Below, piece after piece: positions 19,810-29,748 of a stretch of 64,000 bases of DNA. The notes below the pieces were generated by a model. It was not told the origin of the DNA, made no database searches, and saw only the letters and a list, made by a program, of their open reading frames with translations. How positions within the stretch are numbered: the first letter of the stretch is position 1; the number at the start of each line of letters is the position of its first letter. Source of the stretch: an uncultured Holophagales bacterium (lineage in GTDB: Bacteria > Acidobacteriota > Thermoanaerobaculia > Multivoradales > UBA5704); contig CAWJGT010000003.1 of NCBI GenBank assembly GCA_963842525.1, forward strand, positions 1,184,001 to 1,248,000, in the 5' to 3' direction. The translations under genes and the position numbers were made by a program.

Positions 19810-22800
19810 TCAAGCCTCCGGCTCTGCCGGAGGTATCTGACTCGCGAATGGTGTCGCCTCGGGATGGAACGGTGCACCGGATGCCTGGAACGCCGCCCAG
19901 TAGAACTGAGTGTGGAAGCGGGCGATCGAACGGAGGTCGCGGCGTGCAAGCGTCGCGGCGATTCCCAACGGCGCCGATTCCAAATAGCGATACAGGAACT
20001 GCATGAACAGCATCGAGGCCTCATCATCGATGACCCAGAGCGGCGCGAGCACACACCGCGCGCCCGCGGCCAGGAAAATCCCGGACATGCCGAGCGGATC
20101 AAGCCCGTCGGTGGCGCTCCGCCCGACCTCACATGCGGAGAGGACGACGCCGGAGTACCCCCGACCGGCACGCAGCAGACGGGCGGCGCTCAGGCGTCCG
20201 TCCGCCAGCGCGAGCACTGACTGCGACGGGAACGCGGCGTTGAAAAGCCCATGACAGGCGAAGTGCAGCCACCCTGACGCCGCGGCGCGCTGGAGGACAC
20301 GCTCTGCGGTGGCGGCGGAGCCGACGAGCGGATTGTCGAACACGCCTCCGTATTGGTCAATGAGGGTCTTCGCCTCACGTTGCGCCCCCGGAAGCGAATC
20401 ATCGGGATCGCCGACGAGCAGGCCGCCGCGGTGGACGACGATTGCGGCGTGCGCGCGCTGCATCGCGCCGAGCGATGGAGCGGTACCTACGAAGAACGAT
20501 TCGTCGAGCGGCGCGTGCGTCTCCGGATCCGCGACCGCGTGGAGCGGTACGCCGACCCACTTCCCCGACGGAACGAAGACTACACGCCCATCAGCTTGGG
20601 GCAGGTGGTCCTTCCAGATCGGAAAGAGGAGGTCGCCGGCCGAGCGGAGCAGGTTGTCAATGAGTGACGGGTCAGGGCGCGGCGTGCCGCTCTCCGGATA
20701 GAGCTCACGGATCATGGCGTCGATCGCACGCAACTCCCTTGCCGGAAGAAAGGCGCGCGAAACCGCATCTCGGTTCCGGAAGATGATGTGCGTACCAGCG
20801 TCTGTTTCGCAGAGCTCGATGAGGAGATCGATATTCTCTGTAGACACGCCCGGCGCGAGCTTCAGATTGGCCTCCGCCCATTCCGAATCGATCGCTGCAA
20901 TTTGATCACAGACCGCCTGATGTTCCTCACGGGCGCGATACAGCGGCGTTGTCGCTCCTTCCGGCATGCGCCCGAAGTGCAGATCGGCCGAAGCGATCGC
21001 GAGCACGTTCGAACGCACGCTCCAATGCATCCCGGAGCGCACGCGGCACGTGGGGGCCCGGCGGCGGCACTCCTTCGCGTCGGAGGAGCAACAAGCCGCT
21101 ATCGCGGCCCAACTCGCAGACGCGGCTCGCAGTCCAGAGGTCGCCTTCCTCGAAGAAGAACTGTGCCATCGCAAGCAGCGAGGAGTTATGCGTGCGCATA
21201 ATAGATGCGACGTCCTGCGCTCCAGGGCTCTTGTCGATCTGCTCCTGTAGGCTCATCCAGAACGCCTTGAAGACCTCCGCCGCGTCAGCGCGACGGCCGT
21301 CGAGCACGGCCAGCCGTGCGCGCAGCGCCGTTGCTGTCACGCGCATGAGCTCGTTGCCGTGCGTTTCGATGTCGGTAAGGGCGCTTGCCAGCATCGTCGT
21401 CGTAGCGCGCAGATCGGAATCCTCGCCGGAGCGAACCTTCACGACGAGAGAATCCAATAAATGCGTCGTAAGAGTTGTCTGAAAGTGCGCGGCGGCCCAA
21501 GGGTCGTCGTGCTGCTTCGCCAGCGCGACCGCTTCGTTCAGTTTCGCGATGCCCTCGGCAAAGCGCCCCTGGCCGAGGCGGAGCAGGCCGAGGTTCCCGG
21601 TCGCGCGCACTTCGACCCGAAGCTCGCGGGAACGGTGCGCCATGCGGATGCACTCCTCATAGGCGGCCTCGGCGTTGGCGAAATGGCCGTGTTCGCGCAT
21701 CAGATTTCCGAGGTTGTGCTGGACCCAAATCACGCCTTGGTATCCGGTTTCCGACATGAGCCGGATCGCTTGGCGGTACGACGAAGCGGCTTCCTCGAAC
21801 CGCCCCAGACGATGTAGGATCTCGCCGCGTAGAGCGATGACCTCGCCGCGCAGAGTCTTGCGACCGGTCAACCGGTAGTGGAGAGTGACTCGGGTCGCGT
21901 CGCGCCCATCGTCCGACTCTAGTCGGTCGAGCAGGCCGAGAGCCTGTTCGATTTCGGCGAGCGACTCGAGGAACCGCGCGAACTGCAGCAGGCAATGCGC
22001 GCGGAGAAAGCGATATGTAGCTGCAGGTCCGACGTCGTTCGGAATCGGCAGATCCCGAAGGATCTCCCACGCGTCGGCGAAGCGATCCTTCAAGACGAGC
22101 TCCGCGACCTCGACCAGCCCCCGCAGGTCCGGCTCGGTTATCGGCTCCTCGTCGCCCGCACGGGCATTGAGCATCTCGATGAGCGTACGCGCCCGCTCCC
22201 AGTATGGCAAGTATTCCTCGTCCGATGGCCCTTCGGGAAACTGAGCGAGCGTCTCTTCAATCATCTTCCGGCCGCGCGCGACGTTTGCTTCGTTGATGTG
22301 AATTGTGGCGATCGCAAGAATGGCGGGAATCGTGTGTTCCGGCGACGTGGCGAGTACTCGCAGGCCGTCGAGTCGCTCGATCACGGCATTACGGTCGGGC
22401 AGGCCACCGGTGCTGAGAACCTCGGCGAAATGTGAGCCGAGGAGATACCCGCAAAGGTGAAGAGCGCCGCGGATGTCACCTCGCTGCTCCGCCAGATGCG
22501 ACCCTTTCCACAAAGCGTTCGCCGCTCCCGTGAAGTCGCGGCGATCTTCGCAGGCGTAGCCGAGATGCTCCAACGCGTACAGCAGAAGCTCGCGTTCATC
22601 CTCTTGCAAATCAGACTTTGCCTCCAGAGTCCCCACAGCGAGTTGTAGAAGCGGCGTGTACACGTAGGCCGTCTCGACTGGCCATGTGCGCTGATGGATT
22701 CGTGCGAGGTGGTATGCGGAGAATGCTAGCCCGCGCCTGGTATTCGCCTCGGCGTAGATTCGGGTGAGTTGTATTAGGAAGGACAGTAGCTCGTCCTCAC

Positions 22801-23095
22801 GGTCGAAGAATGCGGTCGCCTCTGCAATAAGCTGCGTCGGTTCGAATGAAAGAAGGGGAGGCATGAGCCCTGACGCTGCAATGTCCCGATAGACTTTGTC
22901 CGCCAAACCACCACGCCCGACCATCGGCCGCAGGATCTCGCGCATCTGATCCAGTAGCTTACGCATGGTAACGACCCTTGTTCCAGGGTGCACGAGCCCC
23001 GACGTTGCAATGTCCCGATGGACCTTGTCCGCCAAACTGTCACGCCCGACCATTGGCCGCAGCAGCTTGCGCATCCGACCCAGTAGCTTACGCAT
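19810..23095 (-). CDS. TPR + CHAT (caspase-like) protease, apparently one gene split by a frameshift near 21000-21060
   Basis: TPRs (HNLGNLMREHGHFANAEAAY, GNLGLLRLGQGRFAEG) in 20927-23095; CHAT dyad HFACHG and LSACEVG plus LWVIDD and YWAAF in 19810-21174. Confidence 0.8.
22838..23095 (-). repeat. Two tandem 129-bp (43-aa) repeats at the N-terminus of TPR-CHAT
   Basis: MRKLLGRMRKLLRPMVGRDSLADKVHRDIATSGL vs MRKLLDQMREILRPMVGRGGLADKVYRDIAASGL. Confidence 0.85.
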
Positions 23096-23167
23096 GGCAA
23101 AGGTCCTCGTTCCACAATAGGCGCCACCGAGCGCCGGCTGGTTCGGTCGCTGGCATTTGAAGATTGA

Positions 23168-23665
23168 TCAGTGCTGCGGCGTCGGCCGCTCGACCCGCGG
23201 CACGTGGCCGCGCTTGTAGACCATGATGGTGCGTTGGAACTCGATGACCACGACGCCGTCCTGGTTGGTGCCCGTGGTCTTGATCTTCACGATGCCGAGG
23301 TTCGGGCGCGAGCGCGATTCGCGGGTCTCCAAGACCTCGCTCTGTGCGTAGACGGTGTCGCCTTCGAAGAGCGGGTGGGGGAGGCGGACCTCGTCCCAGC
23401 CGAGGTTGATGCCGTTCATGGAGACGTCGTTGACCGAGAGGCCGGTGACGAGCGCCAGGGTGAAGGTCGAGTCCACCAGAGGCCGACCCCACTCGGTGCG
23501 GGCGGCGTAGGCGGCATCGAAGTGGATGGGATTGTTGTTGACCGTCAGGAGGGTGAACCAGATGTTGTCCGCCTGGGTGACGGTCCGGCCGAGGGGGTGG
23601 CGATAGACATCCCCGACCTCGAAGTCTTCATAGACGCGGCCGGTCCAGCCTTCCTTGACGCTCAT
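23168..23665 (-). CDS. MaoC-family dehydratase, copy 2
   Basis: Same 498-bp length and nearly identical protein to 16926-17423. Confidence 0.88.
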   Translation of the reverse strand: MSVKEGWTGRVYEDFEVGDVYRHPLGRTVTQADNIWFTLLTVNNNPIHFDAAYAARTEWGRPLVDSTFTLALVTGLSVNDVSMNGINLGWDEVRLPHPLFEGDTVYAQSEVLETRESRSRPNLGIVKIKTTGTNQDGVVVIEFQRTIMVYKRGHVPRVERPTPQH

Positions 23666-23819
23666 GACGGCTGCGGCCTCCCGGCGGGATCGGCAGGGCG
23701 CAGCGCCACGAGCCGTTTCAGGATGCCGTCCTGCGTCTCGTCGGTCATCGGGTCGGTTCCTTTCCGAAGGACCCGGCGATTCTAAACCAAAAATCGTAAG
23801 GGCTTGGAAGGTGATGTGC

Positions 23820-25174
23820 TCACCATGCGGGGGTGGTGCTGGTGGAGCTGGCGGGCGTCGTAGGGCTGGCGGGCGTCGTAGGGCTGGCGGGCGTCGTAGG
23901 GCTGGCGGGCGTCGTAGGGCTGGCAGGCGTCGAGGGTCTGGTGGGCGCGGGCGCCGGCGTGCTCGGCGCGGGGGGGACGGCGCAGGCATGGTCAGCCTCT
24001 GGCTCAGGTCGCCGCGGCGCGCTGTTTCGGCCTGCGTCTGCGCGGCGAGGCGCGCGCGGCGCTCTTCCGTGGCGATGCGCATCTCGGCTTCGGGGTTGAG
24101 GGTGTTGACGCGGATGCGGTCGACGGCGCCCTGGCCCGCGAGGCGTTCGAGGGGCAGATAATCGGTCTTGAACACCAGCTCCACGGAGGAGCTCAGGTCG
24201 AGGTCGGTGTTCATCTCTTCCGTGGTCTGGGTGCGCTGGGTGGATACATAGCCGATGGTGTTCTTGACCTTCACATCCATACCCCAGAAGCTGGCCTTGG
24301 CTTCTGCTTCGTTGCGCAGGTCGAAGCTGCTGCCCCGATCGTCGGCCGCGGCGCTGCGGGTGTCGATATGGAAGCGCATGGCGGCATGCAGACGGCCGCT
24401 CTCGATGACGATCCGCTGCAGGCCGAGCATGACCATGGTGGAGAGCATCTGTTGGCGGTTGCGCGCGAGCGCGCCGCGGGCCATCGGCACCAGGCTTTCC
24501 GGATCGCCGCCGGGCAGCGCATCCTGGGGCCCCAGGCCGAGCGCCGTGCGCAACGCCCCTTCGGCAGGCATGGAGGCGCCGGGGCGCAGGCGCAGCCGCG
24601 TCCCGGCATCGCGCTCCTCCTGCTCCTCCGGCGTCAGGGGCTGGCCGGGCTCGGCGAACGGATCGCTCTCTCCTTCGACCACGAAGGCGCCGGGAAAGCG
24701 TTCGGCGAGCCAGCCGCGCGCGCCGTTCACGCCGACGTTGGCATCGGCGAACCCCTCGGTGGAGGCCGCCACGTTGCGGATCAGCTCCACGTACGAGCTG
24801 AGCTGCTGCTGGTTGGTGTCCACCAGAGCCTTGAACACGCCGGTGATCAGCTCGGTGACGAAGCGTGGAAAGGAGACCGCGTTGAGGATCTCCCGCGTGG
24901 TGCCGGCCACACGCTGGGGCGCGACGCCGCTGAATTCGCTGCCGGCGCTCTGGGCGCGGGCGAGCGCCGGGCGTGGTGGTGCCGTGGCAGTGGCGGCGTC
25001 GGACTCGGCGGCGAGCGCCAGCGCGGCGGAGCCGATCCTGACCAATCCCTGGGCGAGCTCGCGGCGCGTCGACGGATCGAGGCCCTGGAAGCCCGTGCTG
25101 GCGGTGAGCAGATCACGGATCGCGCCGCGCACCTGGGCAGGCGGTTGCTCCGGCCGTTCCAGGACGCCGGCCAT
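23820..25174 (-). CDS. Unknown family A protein 4 (helical N-part, long beta-hairpin, Pro/Thr tail); frameshift in G-run near 23970
   Basis: VSFPRFVTELITGVFKALVD, RQQMLSTMVMLGLQRIVIESG, VELVFKTDYLPL shared with three paralogues; restoring G8 gives the tail PASPTT x4 ...TPAW* ending at 23820. Confidence 0.8.
23850..23925. repeat. 18-bp tandem repeat x4 (GGCGGGCGTCGTAGGGCT)
   Basis: Direct inspection; encodes PASPTT on the minus strand. Confidence 0.9.
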
Positions 25175-25178
25175 GGCG

Positions 25179-26114
25179 TCACCCGGCCAGGGCGGCCCAG
25201 GGGGATTCGCCGCGCGCCGGCGGCGGCGCAGGGGCTGCCGATTCGCCGAGAGCGAGCGAGGCCTCCAGCCAATCCACCGCCGCCGGGATTACAGGGTGAT
25301 TGAGGCTCACCAGCGGTTTGCCGCCCTGCTCCAGGAAGGGAGCGGCCTCGGCGAGCCAGGACAGGAGCGTCATGCCCGCCTGGCCGCGGCGCACGTGCAG
25401 CGCAGGATCCATGCGCGGCCGGCGCGCCAGGCGCGCGACCGCGGCCACCACGCCCCAGACGTCGCGCGCGCCGAAGGCGCTTTTCACGGCGCGGTGGGCG
25501 AGGATCGCCAGGGCCTGCTTGACGGCCGCCAGGACCTCCTGCGCCAGGAACACGGTGAGCCCGCTGCTGACGCGCACCAGGTTGGCCAGCAGCCGCTGGG
25601 CCGCGGCGCGCACCCGCGCCTGCTGCGCCACGCCGCCCCAATCCGAATTGCTGGCCTGCTCGTCGAGCTTGTAGAGGGCCTCGCACAGGTCGATCAGCCG
25701 GTCTTCGAATTCCCGGTTGGGCGGCTGCTCCGAGTGATCGATCCCACCCGGTGCGCCGAACAGCGCGGAGAAGAACCCGCGCCGCTCGGCTTCGTTCGCC
25801 CGCTCGTTGCGCTGCCGCCAGAGCTCCTGCAGGAGACGAGCCGCCTCGCCCAGGTCGACGGCAAGGCTGCCGCTGCGGGCGAGCCGCGTCAGCGCCTCCG
25901 CGGCGCCGAGCACGTCCGCATCCTCCAGCTCGGAGGCCAGATAGAGCGTGGCAATGGCGCGGAGCTGCGCCTGGTCCACGACCGCGCCGGCGGACGGCGG
26001 CAATTCGATGGCATCGATCTCGTCGAGGGCGAATGCAACGGTGTGCGCCTGGGCGACGAGCTGCTCGGCGCGCTGCAGGGCGATCTCGAGGGCGGGATCG
26101 AGGTCGCGGGTCAT
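25179..26114 (-). CDS. Unknown helical family B protein 2
   Basis: ATGA-coupled start MTRDLDP; EAERRGFF, PNREFEDRL, VRAAAQRLLANL, FGARDVWGVV match the C-half of 29749-31470. Confidence 0.8.
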   Translation of the reverse strand: MTRDLDPALEIALQRAEQLVAQAHTVAFALDEIDAIELPPSAGAVVDQAQLRAIATLYLASELEDADVLGAAEALTRLARSGSLAVDLGEAARLLQELWRQRNERANEAERRGFFSALFGAPGGIDHSEQPPNREFEDRLIDLCEALYKLDEQASNSDWGGVAQQARVRAAAQRLLANLVRVSSGLTVFLAQEVLAAVKQALAILAHRAVKSAFGARDVWGVVAAVARLARRPRMDPALHVRRGQAGMTLLSWLAEAAPFLEQGGKPLVSLNHPVIPAAVDWLEASLALGESAAPAPPPARGESPWAALAG

Positions 26115-27331
26115 GGCCGGCTTCCGGAGGCAGCGGCGGTGCCGCGGGCGTTGGGGTTGAACGGCGTGGAGTTGCCCTGGATCACGGACATCATCTCCGG
26201 CGTGGCCATCTTTTCGAGCGGCAGGTAGTCGCTCTTGAAGTTGACCCGCACCTCGCCCGAGAGCCTGGCCTTGACCTCGGCCTTGGACTCGCTGGTCTCG
26301 TCCACCGCGGAGCCGACGGTGGCCACGTGCTCCTGCTCGCCTTCGAAGCTGGCGGATGCGTCCCAGGGTGACATCCACCCGCCGTAGCTGACACTGACGC
26401 TCTGGCGGTAGCGTTGCGCCGAGCGGTCCTGCATCGACGCCGTGTAGCGCCGTTTCGCCTTGTCCTCAGCCCTCATGTCGAAAACCACCTTGGCGTTGAT
26501 GGTGCCGTCCGTGACGACGATGCGATTGATGCCGAGCATCACCATGGAAGAGAGGAGCTGTTGGCGCGATTTAGCCATCTGGAGCCGCGCCGCGGTCACG
26601 ATCTTGAGCTCGGCGTTGGGATCGGAGACGTCGGTCACCGGCGGCTCGACGCCCAGCTCCCGGCTGATCTCCTGCAGCCGCTGCTCCGGATCGTCGCCGC
26701 GGGCGACCAGTTGAGTCGTGGTCGGGGCCGCTTCGCCCTCTTCCGCCAGCCCTCCCGAGCCCGCGTTGACCTCGACTTCCAGCGTGTCCGGAAAACGCTC
26801 GGCGAGCCAGTCGCGCCCGGCTCCCACCGAGATGTTGTCGGCCATGAACTGATCGACGGTCTTGGCCACGTTGGCGATCAGCTCGCCATAGGCGCGCATC
26901 TGCTCGATGGACGACTCGACGATGGCTTGAAACACATTTTTGATCAAGCCGCCGACGAACTTGGGGAAGTCCACCTTCTGCACCAGCGCGCCGAACTGCT
27001 CGACGCCTTCGCGCACGGCGCCGGCCTTGAATTTCTCGCCTACCAAGCCGGGCGACTCCGAGAGGTTGCGCTTGGTGGCTTCCACCGGGTCTTCCTCGTC
27101 CGCCTGCGCGCGGGCCACGGGCGCCGGCGGCGGAGCCGCGGCCGGCTCGAGCACGCCGTTGGGATTCGCGATGTAGGAGAGAATCTTGACCATGTCCCGG
27201 GCGAGCTGCTGCTGCTCGGCCGCGCCGAGCCGCGAGAAGGCGGGGACCGAGGTGAGCAGCTCGCGCACCTGCGGCCGCACGGCCTCCAGGGCCTGCGGCG
27301 TCGTCCAGGGCGCATTGGCGGGCGCTGCCAT
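26111..27331 (-). CDS. Unknown family A protein 3
   Basis: VDFPKFVGGLIKNVFQAIVESSIEQM, RQQLLSSMVMLGINRIVVTDG, GEVRVNFKSDYLPLEKM. Confidence 0.85.
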   Translation of the reverse strand: MAAPANAPWTTPQALEAVRPQVRELLTSVPAFSRLGAAEQQQLARDMVKILSYIANPNGVLEPAAAPPPAPVARAQADEEDPVEATKRNLSESPGLVGEKFKAGAVREGVEQFGALVQKVDFPKFVGGLIKNVFQAIVESSIEQMRAYGELIANVAKTVDQFMADNISVGAGRDWLAERFPDTLEVEVNAGSGGLAEEGEAAPTTTQLVARGDDPEQRLQEISRELGVEPPVTDVSDPNAELKIVTAARLQMAKSRQQLLSSMVMLGINRIVVTDGTINAKVVFDMRAEDKAKRRYTASMQDRSAQRYRQSVSVSYGGWMSPWDASASFEGEQEHVATVGSAVDETSESKAEVKARLSGEVRVNFKSDYLPLEKMATPEMMSVIQGNSTPFNPNARGTAAASGSRP

Positions 27332-27351
27332 GATGTTTCACCTCCCTGCGG

Positions 27352-28650
27352 TCATTGGGCCGGCGTTCCCGGGGGGGCCGCCGGGGCGGCGCCGCCCGGC
27401 GCCTGCGGGGTGCGCGCCGAAGGCACCACGTTGGGATCGACCGGCTGCGAATGGCCCTGGATGGCGGCGATCATGCCGGGCGTCGCCATCTTTTCGAGCG
27501 GCAGGTAGTCGCTCTTGAAATTGACTTCCACGTTGCCGGCGAGCTGGGCGCGCGTCGTCAGCGTGGATTCGGAGGCTTCCGAAGCCGTGCTCATGGCGGT
27601 CATGATCGGTTTTTCGGCGTACTTGTACTTGCCCTTGGAGTAGTAGTCCGAATTCCATTCGGATTGGAGGCCCTTGTCCTTGTCCCACGAGCTCTTGCCA
27701 GTCCTCGTGCCGCCCCTGTCCCACTCTCCCTCGCGGTCCCGCGTCCGGGCGATCTGTCCGTCCTCGGTTGCATAGTCGTAGGCGGTGGCGCTGCGCGCGA
27801 GCTTGCGGGCGTCGCGGGCCTGGAAGTCGTACAGGATCTTGGCCTGGATCCGCCCGTCGGTGACCACGATGCGGTTGATGCCCATGAGCACCAGGCTTGC
27901 CAGGAGCTGCTGGCGCTGGCGCGCGAGCTGTGTGCGCGCGGCGGTGACCAGCGCGAGCTCCGCGGTCTCGTCCGACAGGTCCATGCTCTTCAATTGGCCG
28001 TCCTGGAAATCCAGCGCACCATTGACCCGGCGCAACGCGGCGCTGTCGTCCACACCGTCGCGCAGCCGCAGGCGCGGGCCGGGGCTGTCGGAAAAATCAT
28101 CCGTGCCGATCTCGAACAGGTCGGGGAATTTTTCCACCATGTGGTCGCGCCCCTGGTTGGGTGTGACATTGTCCTCGCGGAAGCTCTCCAGGGACTTGGC
28201 CACCTGCCCGACCATGTTGGAATAGGCCTCCATCTGCTCGATCGAGGACTTGACGATGGCATGGAAAACCCCTTCGATCAGGCCGGCGACGAAGGTCGGG
28301 AAGTTGACCTGCTTCAGGAACAGGTCGGCGACCGCGGCGCCTTCGCGCGCCGCGCCGGCCGCGAAATCCTTATTGCCGATATCCTCGACGGCCTCCCAGC
28401 CCTTCTCGGACGTAGCATCCACTTCGCCGGCGAGGGCGCGGGCGGGCGGCGCGCCGGCTCCGCCTGGCAAGGTGTTGCCGGGGATGCCTTCCGGCGCCGC
28501 CAGGTAGTCGGCGATCAGCGCCGTGTCGTGAGCGATCTGCTGCTGCTGGGCCGCGGGCAGGCTGGCAAACGCGGATGACCGGGTGAGCAGCGTCTTGACG
28601 GCCTGGCGGACCTCGGGTCGCGGCGTCGGCGCGGGAGCGGTGGCAGGCAT
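27352..28650 (-). CDS. Unknown family A protein 2
   Basis: VNFPTFVAGLIEGVFHAIVKSSIEQM, RQQLLASLVLMGINRIVVTDG, GNVEVNFKSDYLPLEKM. Confidence 0.85.
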   Translation of the reverse strand: MPATAPAPTPRPEVRQAVKTLLTRSSAFASLPAAQQQQIAHDTALIADYLAAPEGIPGNTLPGGAGAPPARALAGEVDATSEKGWEAVEDIGNKDFAAGAAREGAAVADLFLKQVNFPTFVAGLIEGVFHAIVKSSIEQMEAYSNMVGQVAKSLESFREDNVTPNQGRDHMVEKFPDLFEIGTDDFSDSPGPRLRLRDGVDDSAALRRVNGALDFQDGQLKSMDLSDETAELALVTAARTQLARQRQQLLASLVLMGINRIVVTDGRIQAKILYDFQARDARKLARSATAYDYATEDGQIARTRDREGEWDRGGTRTGKSSWDKDKGLQSEWNSDYYSKGKYKYAEKPIMTAMSTASEASESTLTTRAQLAGNVEVNFKSDYLPLEKMATPGMIAAIQGHSQPVDPNVVPSARTPQAPGGAAPAAPPGTPAQ

Positions 28651-28674
28651 GACGATCACCTCGCAGGAAGAAAA

Positions 28675-29721
28675 TCAGGCCGCAATGGGACGCCCTGAGG
28701 CGCGCTGCAGCGCCTGCGGCGGCACTTCGAATTCGACCGGGCGCAGGTAGAGGCCCACGCGCGGCGGCATTGTGGCGCTGGTGCGCACGCTGAGGATCGA
28801 GAAACGCCCCGGCCAGACGTCGTCCTCCGGCGTGAAGGCCGCCAGCCAGCGCTCCAGGGCCGTGAGCTCGCGCGGACGCTCGCTCAAGCCCAGCGTCAGC
28901 AGGGAGAGGAACTCGGCCGGCAGGTCGGGGATCATGCCCAGCAGCACGTAGATTTCGAGCTCGACCCCGTCGGGCGACCGGCCGACGCCGATCAGCGTGG
29001 CCTGGGCCGGCAGGTCGAAGCGTCCGCCGAGCGCGAGCCCGAGGATCTGCAGGAGGCCGGGCATGCGCTGGCCGAGCCCGAGCGCATCGAGCAGCGGCTG
29101 CAGATCGGCGAGGCGCAACGGCCGCGGATGGGCGAAGGTGAGCCGCTGGCCGCCCGCATCGCGTTGCGCCGCGAGGGTGGTGAACAGCGGCACCAGCCCG
29201 GGCATGACCGAAAGCGCCGTCGACGCGACGCCGAAGAGCCCCATGGGCAGCGCGTCGATCTGTCCGGGTCCGGTCTCGTAGTACACCTTCGACGAGAAGA
29301 GCCCGTCGCGGTCATGGCCGGTGCCGAAGAAGGCGCCGTAATGGAGGTTCGATCCGGAGCCGAAGCCGCGCCAGGGCTCGCTGCGCTCGTCGAACCAGTG
29401 CAGGGCTTCGCGTCCGAAGAAGCTGCCCACCAGCCGGCGCATCTCGCGCGTCGCTTCGTCGCGCCGGTCCAGGCCCGAGGCCTCGGGCCCCAGCGGTTGC
29501 AGGTTGAAACGCAACGTGCCGGGCTGCAGCTCCGAATAGGACGGCTCGATGGGCGCCGCGCCGGGCGTCAGGGCATTGTCCGCATAACGCGGGTCGCCCT
29601 CGGGGAGAGTGAAGGTGCGGTCGAGCAGCCCCCGCATCGTAGGTGTGGGATCGGCGGTGCCGAGCCGCTGGGCCGCATGGCTCAGAAGGTTCGCCACCCG
29701 TGAAGCCAGTGCCTTTGCCAT
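28675..29721 (-). CDS. Putative DMATS/ABBA-type aromatic prenyltransferase-like protein
   Basis: LTPGAAPIEPSYS...LRFNLQP resembles the DMATS DGxPxExS...RxxxEP motif; KVYY and VGLYLRP strands; 348 aa; fold assignment by eye only. Confidence 0.5.
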   Translation of the reverse strand: MAKALASRVANLLSHAAQRLGTADPTPTMRGLLDRTFTLPEGDPRYADNALTPGAAPIEPSYSELQPGTLRFNLQPLGPEASGLDRRDEATREMRRLVGSFFGREALHWFDERSEPWRGFGSGSNLHYGAFFGTGHDRDGLFSSKVYYETGPGQIDALPMGLFGVASTALSVMPGLVPLFTTLAAQRDAGGQRLTFAHPRPLRLADLQPLLDALGLGQRMPGLLQILGLALGGRFDLPAQATLIGVGRSPDGVELEIYVLLGMIPDLPAEFLSLLTLGLSERPRELTALERWLAAFTPEDDVWPGRFSILSVRTSATMPPRVGLYLRPVEFEVPPQALQRASGRPIAA

Positions 29722-29748
29722 GATGTTCCTCCGTGTCTCCTGTGGCGC

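Noticed and set aside
23168-25174. 668-aa family A-MaoC fusion ORF as a genuine protein
   Set aside because: Depends on a G7 tract that is G8 in the duplicated copy; the junction is low-complexity shadow sequence and MaoC has its own start.
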